Positions 56,506 through 64,000 of a stretch of DNA of 64,000 nucleotides are shown piece after piece. The notes beneath the pieces are model-generated. The model worked only from the letters and a program-made list of their open reading frames with translations, did not search any database and was not told where the DNA came from. The stretch's first letter is position 1. Each line of letters begins with the position of its first letter. The DNA lies in the NCBI GenBank assembly GCA_964479585.1, contig CAYZMP010000003.1:5045-69044 (forward strand). The letters are read 5' to 3'. This DNA is from an uncultured Erysipelothrix sp. (lineage in GTDB: Bacteria; Bacillota_I; Bacilli_A; Erysipelotrichales; Erysipelotrichaceae). Both the position numbers and the translations under genes were made by a program.

Positions 56506-59500
56506 TTAGTCTCTAGCTAGTTTCATTAATCGATTAAATCGATTTTTCGCATCTGTAGCTGCTTTGTCCAGTAACTTTTCTGCTTCAAATGGATTTGCAT
56601 TTGGCAGTTGATTGAATCGTGTCTCTGTCATTACAAAGTCACGGAACTTATCGAAATCTGGTTTAGCGTAATCCACAGTTAGTGGTTTCTCTGTGTTTTC
56701 AGGATTGTAACGATACAATGTCCAATATCCACATTCCACCGCTGCTTTTTGTGTGATTTGATGATTTGATAAACCACCTTTGATACCATGTTCAATACAT
56801 GGTGAATAAGCTATTACAACAGAAGGTCCATCGTATGCTTCAGCTTCTTTAAGTGCTTTAATGGTTTGAACACGGTTTGCACCCATCGCAATACTTGCAA
56901 CGTATACATGGCCATACATCATTGCCATTAGACCTAAGTCTTTCTTACCAGTTGGTTTACCACCTGCAGCAAACTTAGCGATAGAAGCCGCTTGAGATGC
57001 CTTAGATGATTGACCACCTGTGTTTGAATATACTTCTGTATCTAAGATTAAGATATTTACATTTAAGCTATTAGCAATAACATGATCAAGACCACCAAAC
57101 CCAATATCGTAAGCCCAACCATCTCCACCAATAATCCATACAGACTTACTAATGAAATCTCTAGAATCTTCTAGTAGTTTAGCAGCTTTTTCAGAACTTG
57201 ATTTTTCAAGAAGCTCAATCAATTGTGGAGCTACTTCTTTTTCTTTTTCACGATCGTTTTTCACTTCTAAGTATTGATCAACGATAGCTGCTAGTTCTGG
57301 TTCAAACTCATCTTTTGCTTCTTTAAAGCGATTAACTAGTTCTAATGCTTTATATTCTTGAGCAATTTTCATACCAAATCCATATTCAGCATTATCCTCA
57401 AATAATGAGTTAGCCCAAGCAACACCTTTTCCATCTTTATCTGTTACAAATGGTGATGATGGAGTTGATCCACAATAAATGGATGAACACCCTGTAGCAT
57501 TTGAAATCATCATGTCACTACCAAATAGTTGAGTTACTAAACGATAGTATGGTGTTTCTCCACAACCAGCACATGCTCCTGAAACCTCAAAGTAAGGCAT
57601 TAAGAACTGGCTACCTTTAATTGTATTTGTTGGGAAATATTCTGATTTGTATTTTGTTTCTTTATACAAGTAATTAGCAAGTGGTGCTTCATGAAGTTGT
57701 TCAGTTACATCAACCATTTCAAGAGCTTTTTTACCACCTTTACCTGGACACTCAACAGAACACAAGCCACAACCTACACAGTTATCTGGTGAAACCATAA
57801 CACGGTAGCGTAAATGATCAACACCTTTACCAGTAGGAGTTAGTGTTTCAAATTCCATTGGTGCATTTTTGACTTCGTTTTCATCAAGTAAGAATGTACG
57901 AATCGTTGCATGTGGACAAACAAATGAACAGAATCCACATTGAATACAGTTTTCAGGAATCCATTTTGGTACTTGAGTTGCAATTGTACGATGTTCATCG
58001 AAAGCAACGTTGTTTCTCATTGATCCATCAAGAACTGGGTTATCAATAAATGCACTTACTGGTAAATCATACCCTTCAAGTGAGTTAATAACATCTACAA
58101 ACTCATCAAAGTACTCATCACCTGTTGATTTACGAGTGTTTCCAATTTCTAAATCAGCCCATGCTGGATCTACTTTCACTTCAACTAATCCTTCTTTCCC
58201 CATGTCAATCGCTTCGTAATTTAACTTAACGATTTCTTCACCTTTTTTACCGTATGATTTTTCAGCAGCATCTTTCATAAAGGTCAATGCATCTTCATAA
58301 GGTAATATACTTGGATTTAATGCAAAGAATGAGGATTGTAAAATTGTGTTTGTACGACGCCCCATACCAATTGATTCAGCTATATGATTTGCATCGATGA
58401 TATAGAACTTCGCTTTTTTCTCTGCCAATTGTTTCTTAACACGTTTTGGCAAATGTTTTTCCATATCTTCTGCTTTGTAACTTGTAGAAAGTAAGAATGT
58501 ACCACCTTCTTTAAGGTTGCGAATCATGTCATATCTAAATAAATAAGAATCTAATGAGCATGAAATAAAGTCAGCTTTACGGATATAATAAGTTGAGCGA
58601 ATTGGTGATTTACCAAAACGTAAATTTGAACGAGTTGCACCACCAGCTTTTTTAGAGTCATAAGCAAAATATGCTTGTGAATATAAGTCAGTGTGATCTC
58701 CAATAATTTTAATGGAGTTTTTATTTGCTGAAACCGTTCCATCAGACCCTAATCCATAGAATAAGCATGCGGTGTAATCTGATTTTGTTTCAAAAGTTTT
58801 ATCTACTGGTAAAGATAGGTTAGTAACATCATCAGTAATACTAATTGTAAATCCAGTGAAAGGATTGTCACTATTTAAGTGATCATACACCGCTTTAATA
58901 TCTTCAGGTTGTGTATCTTTTGAAGATAGACCATAACGTCCACCAATAATTAGCTCAATGTCTTTATATCCTTTAAGTACTTCGTTCACTTCCATATATA
59001 GAGGCTCACGAGTTCCAACTTCTTTTGTACGATCTAACACAGCAATTTTCTTAACAGATGCAGGTAACACATCTTTTAAGAAATCAGCTCTAAATGGACG
59101 ATATAAGTGTACTTTAATCATACCTACTTTTTCGCCTTTAGCATTTAGAGTGTCAATAACTTCTGATGCTGTTTCAGTAACAGAACCCATAGCCACAACA
59201 ATTCTATCTGCTTCTGGATGACCATAGTATGTAAATGGTGCATAATGACGTCCTGTTAACTCAGAAATCTTTTTCATGTAATCAGCAACAACATCACCGA
59301 TTGCATCAAAATGTAAATTTTGAGCTTCTCTACCTTGGAAGTAGATATCATCATTTTCAGCGCCACCACGTGTAACTGGGTTTGTATGAGGGTTAAGTGC
59401 TCTTGCTCTGAATTTTGCAAGTGCTTCTTTATCTACTAAATTAGCTAAGTCTTCATAGTCTAAGACTTCGATTTTTTGTATTTCATGTGATGTTCTAAAA

Positions 59501-60018
59501 CCATCAAAGAAATGTAACATTGGAGCGGATGCTTTAATTGCACTTAAATGTGCAACTCCAGCTAAATCCATTGCTTCTTGGACAGAGTGTGATGCAATCA
59601 TACTTACGCCGGTTTGACGGGCAGCATAAATATCTTGGTGATCACCAAAGATTGACAACGCACGAGTTGCAATTGAACGAGCTGAAACATGTTGAACAGC
59701 AGGTAGTAACTCACCAACCCATTTGTACATGTTTGGAATCATTAACAACAGCCCTTGAGAAGCTGTAAATGTAGATGATAATGTGCCTCCTTGTAGTGCA
59801 CCGTGAACAACACCAGCGGCACCTGCTTCAGATTGCATCTCAACAACTTTAACTACTGAATTGAAGATATTTTTTCTTCCTTGAGATGCCCAAGCATCTA
59901 CTAATTCAGCCATTGTTGAGGACGGTGTGATAGGATAGATACCAGCAACTTCAGTGAAAGCATATGCTACATGAGATGTTGCAGTGTTTCCATCCATAGT
60001 CATAAATTTTTTGGACAT
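56506..60018 (-). CDS. nifJ: pyruvate:ferredoxin (flavodoxin) oxidoreductase
   Basis: 1170 aa single-chain PFOR. MDGN.A.AHVAY, two ferredoxin motifs CIQCGFCSFVCPH and CVGCGLCSVECP, and the GGDGWAYDIG TPP-binding region. Confidence 0.95.
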   Translation of the reverse strand: MSKKFMTMDGNTATSHVAYAFTEVAGIYPITPSSTMAELVDAWASQGRKNIFNSVVKVVEMQSEAGAAGVVHGALQGGTLSSTFTASQGLLLMIPNMYKWVGELLPAVQHVSARSIATRALSIFGDHQDIYAARQTGVSMIASHSVQEAMDLAGVAHLSAIKASAPMLHFFDGFRTSHEIQKIEVLDYEDLANLVDKEALAKFRARALNPHTNPVTRGGAENDDIYFQGREAQNLHFDAIGDVVADYMKKISELTGRHYAPFTYYGHPEADRIVVAMGSVTETASEVIDTLNAKGEKVGMIKVHLYRPFRADFLKDVLPASVKKIAVLDRTKEVGTREPLYMEVNEVLKGYKDIELIIGGRYGLSSKDTQPEDIKAVYDHLNSDNPFTGFTISITDDVTNLSLPVDKTFETKSDYTACLFYGLGSDGTVSANKNSIKIIGDHTDLYSQAYFAYDSKKAGGATRSNLRFGKSPIRSTYYIRKADFISCSLDSYLFRYDMIRNLKEGGTFLLSTSYKAEDMEKHLPKRVKKQLAEKKAKFYIIDANHIAESIGMGRRTNTILQSSFFALNPSILPYEDALTFMKDAAEKSYGKKGEEIVKLNYEAIDMGKEGLVEVKVDPAWADLEIGNTRKSTGDEYFDEFVDVINSLEGYDLPVSAFIDNPVLDGSMRNNVAFDEHRTIATQVPKWIPENCIQCGFCSFVCPHATIRTFLLDENEVKNAPMEFETLTPTGKGVDHLRYRVMVSPDNCVGCGLCSVECPGKGGKKALEMVDVTEQLHEAPLANYLYKETKYKSEYFPTNTIKGSQFLMPYFEVSGACAGCGETPYYRLVTQLFGSDMMISNATGCSSIYCGSTPSSPFVTDKDGKGVAWANSLFEDNAEYGFGMKIAQEYKALELVNRFKEAKDEFEPELAAIVDQYLEVKNDREKEKEVAPQLIELLEKSSSEKAAKLLEDSRDFISKSVWIIGGDGWAYDIGFGGLDHVIANSLNVNILILDTEVYSNTGGQSSKASQAASIAKFAAGGKPTGKKDLGLMAMMYGHVYVASIAMGANRVQTIKALKEAEAYDGPSVVIAYSPCIEHGIKGGLSNHQITQKAAVECGYWTLYRYNPENTEKPLTVDYAKPDFDKFRDFVMTETRFNQLPNANPFEAEKLLDKAATDAKNRFNRLMKLARD

Positions 60019-60094
60019 ATTTCCTCCTATAAGCCTTTTCTAACGTTATTATTATAACGCATTTGTTACATTATTACCATGCTAAATTTCTAAC

Positions 60095-61504
60095 TTATAC
60101 CCTGATCGACGTCCATTTCGCAGCTAGAAATCGCTTGCGTGTAATGATTAAACGAGCAATCTGATCTATCAGTACAGAAACCCAAGCACCCAGTAATCCC
60201 ATGTTTAAAGAATACGCAAAAATAAACGTCAATGTAGGTCTAAGCAAGGTAACGCTAAACAGCGACAATGCAGCAACAAACTTCACATCCCCTGCTCCTC
60301 TAAGTGCACCTGTAATAACCACTTGCAATATTTGAAACAATATTATGATTGATAAAACAATGAGCATGGTTGAACCAAGTTCGATAAGCGATTGTTCATT
60401 GGTAAAGAGATACATAACTTGCTTTCGAAACAATGCTAGTAGTGAACTGAAAATGATGGCAATGATCAGACCCATCGATTGAGATATCTTTCCATAGATG
60501 ATTGCTAAATCTTTACGCTTCGCACCTAAACTTTGACCAGTCAACGATGAGTTTGCAATGGATAATCCATCCCCTAGTGAAAAGGAGATTACCATAATGT
60601 TAGTAACAATTTGATGTGTTGCCAAAGCAGTAGTTCCTAGTCCTGCAACTGCTCGTATATACATTAAAAACCCAATTCTTAAAAAGATTTGTTCAATAAA
60701 AGCAGATTTGCTAATTCCATAAATTGTTTCAATAGTATGTTTATCAAAAGTGAAGAACTTTTTGAAGGCTAGGTACAAGTAACTATCTTTTTTACGTATC
60801 GATAATAATGCAATGACAAGTGCCACAAAATGACCAATCGTAGTAGCAAGTGCAGCTCCGGTTACTTCAAGTCTTGGGAAAATCCAGATACCATAAATCA
60901 AAAAGTAATTTAATACAACATTTACAAAATTAGCAATTAAGTTTGTTTTCATCGCTACAAACGTGTTTCCAACACCACGTTGTGCAGCGTTAATCGTAAG
61001 TGCTATTCCTAAAAAAACATTCCCAACTAAAATGATCCGAAGGTATGTCACTGATGTTTGAAGATACACTGCTTCTGCGCCTGCCAACACTAAAAATGGT
61101 TCTGCAAAAACAAAGCCAATAAAACTCAAAGAGACGCTTAGAAGTAATGACATCAACACTGAGTTTTTTAATGTATTGTTAGCCAAATCTTTTCTGTTTT
61201 GGCCTTTACGTCTTGATATGATTACCGTAACACCAATATTTAGAGCTAATATCGCAGATAGAAGGATAAATTTTGGCTGGTTTGTAATTCCAATAGCTGC
61301 GATAGCTTCTTGGCCTAATCGGCCAACCATCATCATATCTATTGCGCCTATAACACTTATTAAAAAAGCCTCCGTTGCAGATGGCCAAGCTATAGAAATT
61401 GTCTTCTTTACTAAATCTTTTTTGTATAAAGGAGATTGATTTTCTTCATTAACATTTTTATTAAACCAATTACGTATCTTTTTAATCATAATTAACAAAC
61501 TCAA
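60095..61504 (-). CDS. MATE-family efflux transporter
   Basis: 469 aa, 12 TM helices. ..P....F........D..MVG.LG..A.AA.G.. N-terminal MATE pattern. Start uncertain (61504 or 61489). Confidence 0.85.
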   Translation of the reverse strand: MSLLIMIKKIRNWFNKNVNEENQSPLYKKDLVKKTISIAWPSATEAFLISVIGAIDMMMVGRLGQEAIAAIGITNQPKFILLSAILALNIGVTVIISRRKGQNRKDLANNTLKNSVLMSLLLSVSLSFIGFVFAEPFLVLAGAEAVYLQTSVTYLRIILVGNVFLGIALTINAAQRGVGNTFVAMKTNLIANFVNVVLNYFLIYGIWIFPRLEVTGAALATTIGHFVALVIALLSIRKKDSYLYLAFKKFFTFDKHTIETIYGISKSAFIEQIFLRIGFLMYIRAVAGLGTTALATHQIVTNIMVISFSLGDGLSIANSSLTGQSLGAKRKDLAIIYGKISQSMGLIIAIIFSSLLALFRKQVMYLFTNEQSLIELGSTMLIVLSIIILFQILQVVITGALRGAGDVKFVAALSLFSVTLLRPTLTFIFAYSLNMGLLGAWVSVLIDQIARLIITRKRFLAAKWTSIRV

Positions 61505-62267
61505 TAATCAAATGATCCACTTTCTTTTTTAGTTTTGAAACGATATTTGCATCTGAAATCGCCCATGTACAAATCATACTATAAAATAGTTTCATCCACA
61601 CAAAGTATAAGACGATACTATAATGCACACTTATAAAATCTGATCGAGTATAAAAATTAAATCCATTGATGGTCAATAATACACGTGTAATAAGCTTGTG
61701 CTGTTTATCATTTAAAAAATTCTTAATAATTTGACCACGAATGACATCGGGAAAATATTTTTTAAAGTACGTTACAATCATAGGATGAAATGAACATATA
61801 GCATAATTGCCTTGATAATCTGAAAGATGTTCCATTACTAATGTACACACTTGATCTACTCTATTCGTTGGTTTTATTTCAATAATTAGATTAATCTGTC
61901 CATCCACTACATGCAATACTTGCTCAAATGTTGGAATATGTTCTTTTGTTTCTTTTAGTGAATACTCTTGAATAGCATCGTATGTCATGTTTTCAATTAA
62001 ACCATCTACGTTGCACATCCGATGAAGTGATTCATCATGAAAGACGACCAACACATTATCTGCGGTTATTCTAATGTCAATTTCAATATCTGCTTTCATC
62101 TTTATTGCTTCTACAATAGCAGCAATGCTATTTTCAGGAATACTTTGATCTTCACTAAATTTCCCACGATGAAACGAATAGCCTTTCATCCATTCCATCT
62201 TCTTATTTTTCTTTGTCGGTATTGTGGATATTAAAAAGAGCACCACAACAGCAAATATATAAATCAT
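61482..62267 (-). CDS. glycerophosphodiester phosphodiesterase (membrane-anchored)
   Basis: N-terminal TM helix. HRG...ENS..A, EIDIR.T.D...VVFHD and ..IEIK.. GDPD motifs. Confidence 0.85.
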   Translation of the reverse strand: MIYIFAVVVLFLISTIPTKKNKKMEWMKGYSFHRGKFSEDQSIPENSIAAIVEAIKMKADIEIDIRITADNVLVVFHDESLHRMCNVDGLIENMTYDAIQEYSLKETKEHIPTFEQVLHVVDGQINLIIEIKPTNRVDQVCTLVMEHLSDYQGNYAICSFHPMIVTYFKKYFPDVIRGQIIKNFLNDKQHKLITRVLLTINGFNFYTRSDFISVHYSIVLYFVWMKLFYSMICTWAISDANIVSKLKKKVDHLIIEFVNYD

Positions 62268-62362
62268 ACAAGCCTCATTTCTAATCTATTATATACCTAT
62301 TCTTTTGAAAATGTTGTTCAAAATCAAATAAATTTGATATTATGATTTTTGAGGTGATAGTA

Positions 62363-63223
62363 ATGAATAAGTTAAGAACAAACAAAGAGAAATGCATAAA
62401 AATAGCTGTTAGTGGTAAAGTACACCACCCAACAATGAAGCTACCTGGATATCGCATTTCAAGTGATGGAATTCCACGTATTGTTCCTGCGGTAGGTGGG
62501 ATAACCTACAATGCAAAGCTTGGAGATAGTTGCATGGGTATAAAAGGTGATCATATTGAACCAAGTGTTAGCATGAAAAACAGTGATGCAAAGGAAGATG
62601 CAGCACTTAACATTCTTGCATGTGTCGGTAATGAAGCTGTCGTTATCAGTGGTGATGCTAAAGGTAAAAAAGGTGTTGTAACTGGTAAACATGGTGGTAT
62701 TGATCATGTTATGGTTCATTTTGATGATGAAACTTTAGAACAAATGACAAGTGACGACAAAATTCAAATTAAAGCCTTTGGACAAGGATTAGAATTATTG
62801 GATTATCCTGAAGTGTTTGTCATGAATATTGATCCTGAAGTTTTAGCTAAATTGCCAATTAAACAGGAAGATAAAACACTACATGTACCTGTCAAAGCAA
62901 TTGTACCTGCAAAACTAATGGGTTCTGGTTTAGGTAGTAGTGACATGCATTCTGGTGATTATGACATCATGACTCGTGATGAAAGCACGCTAAAAGAATA
63001 TGGATTGGACAATCTTTGTTATGGAGATTTTGTATTTATTTTAGATCACTGTAATACATATGGCGCAGATTATATCCAAGGGGCTGGTACATTTGGAATA
63101 ATCATTCATAGTGATAGCTATGTTTCAGGACATGGACCTGGAGTTACTGTCTTACTTACAAGTAGAAAACCTCATCTCAAACCATTTATTGATGAAAACG
63201 CAAACTTAATCAACTATATTTAA
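62363..63223 (+). CDS. conserved hypothetical protein (resembles the DUF4438 family from memory; unverified)
   Basis: ATG 62363 follows GAGGTGA. 286 aa soluble Gly-rich protein with no recognisable catalytic motif. Confidence 0.5.
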   Translation: MNKLRTNKEKCIKIAVSGKVHHPTMKLPGYRISSDGIPRIVPAVGGITYNAKLGDSCMGIKGDHIEPSVSMKNSDAKEDAALNILACVGNEAVVISGDAKGKKGVVTGKHGGIDHVMVHFDDETLEQMTSDDKIQIKAFGQGLELLDYPEVFVMNIDPEVLAKLPIKQEDKTLHVPVKAIVPAKLMGSGLGSSDMHSGDYDIMTRDESTLKEYGLDNLCYGDFVFILDHCNTYGADYIQGAGTFGIIIHSDSYVSGHGPGVTVLLTSRKPHLKPFIDENANLINYI

Positions 63224-63254
63224 AAGAAATGATCCAACAAAAGGATCATTTCTT
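63224..63254. terminator. bidirectional terminator between the hypothetical gene and pyrR
   Basis: 12-bp stem AAGAAATGATCC-AACAAAA-GGATCATTTCTT. Confidence 0.7.
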
Positions 63255-63260
63255 TCTTAC

Positions 63261-63797
<537 letters not shown>

Positions 63798-63876
63798 TCA
63801 AATGATTTGTTGGAATATGAATAAATCGTTGAAATGATTTGTTTCCTATGGTATTATTTACTAGCGAATCACTTAT

Positions 63877-63950
63877 AGGGGTATAGTTCAATGGTAGAAT
63901 ACCGGTCTCCAAAACCGTTGATGTGGGTTCAACTCCTACTACCCCTGCCA
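63877..63950 (+). tRNA. tRNA-Trp (CCA)
   Basis: AGGGGTATAGTTCAATGGTAGAATACCGGTCTCCAAAACCGTTGATGTGGGTTCAACTCCTACTACCCCTGCCA. Anticodon loop CTCCAAA. Preceded by TTGAAA, 17 nt, TATTAT. Confidence 0.88.
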
Positions 63951-63960
63951 ACTTATAAAC

Positions 63961-63984
63961 AACCTGCAATAACGCAGGTTTTTT
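63961..63984 (+). terminator. rho-independent terminator after tRNA-Trp
   Basis: AACCTGC-AATAAC-GCAGGTT followed by TTTT. Confidence 0.7.
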
Positions 63985-64000
63985 CTTACTCTTTTTGTAA

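Overview
AT-rich (about one-third G+C by eye), almost gap-free chromosomal segment from a low-GC monoderm anaerobe, Firmicutes/Erysipelotrichia/Acholeplasma-like. The standard genetic code applies: TGA is used as a stop and tRNA-Trp has a CCA anticodon. About 65 protein genes are mostly housekeeping: PduL, CoaX, Pgi, NadE, queH-queA-tgt, MutY, Alr, sufCDSUB, PrsA-like foldases, YhaM, a glycolipid glycosyltransferase pair, PFOR/NifJ and PyrR. There are eight tRNAs, including a six-tRNA operon. Five things stand out. (1) An rnfCDGEAB operon has unusual architecture. RnfG has two FMN_bind modules and RnfD is fused to a third one, a paralogous duplication visible in the DNA. RnfB is cut down to 102 aa with no ferredoxin domains, and an untracked 58-codon Cys-rich membrane ORF sits between rnfA and rnfB. 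A lipoprotein ApbE flavin transferase is divergently transcribed next door. (2) A solitary compact TnpB (IS200/IS605 OrfB-type RNA-guided nuclease, D-E-D triad apparently intact) has no TnpA. It sits directly behind the tRNA operon terminator and has a highly structured 3' flank that is a candidate omega RNA. (3) A minimal Tad/Flp-like pilus operon encodes a 49-aa Flp-like pilin with no cleavable leader and has no prepilin peptidase gene. (4) A GT4 glycolipid synthase is fused in frame to a complete RecX. (5) Two intergenic candidate sRNAs display C-rich anti-Shine-Dalgarno loops. No CRISPR array, rRNA or prophage was seen. All calls come from reading the sequence and translations by eye; no database search was run.
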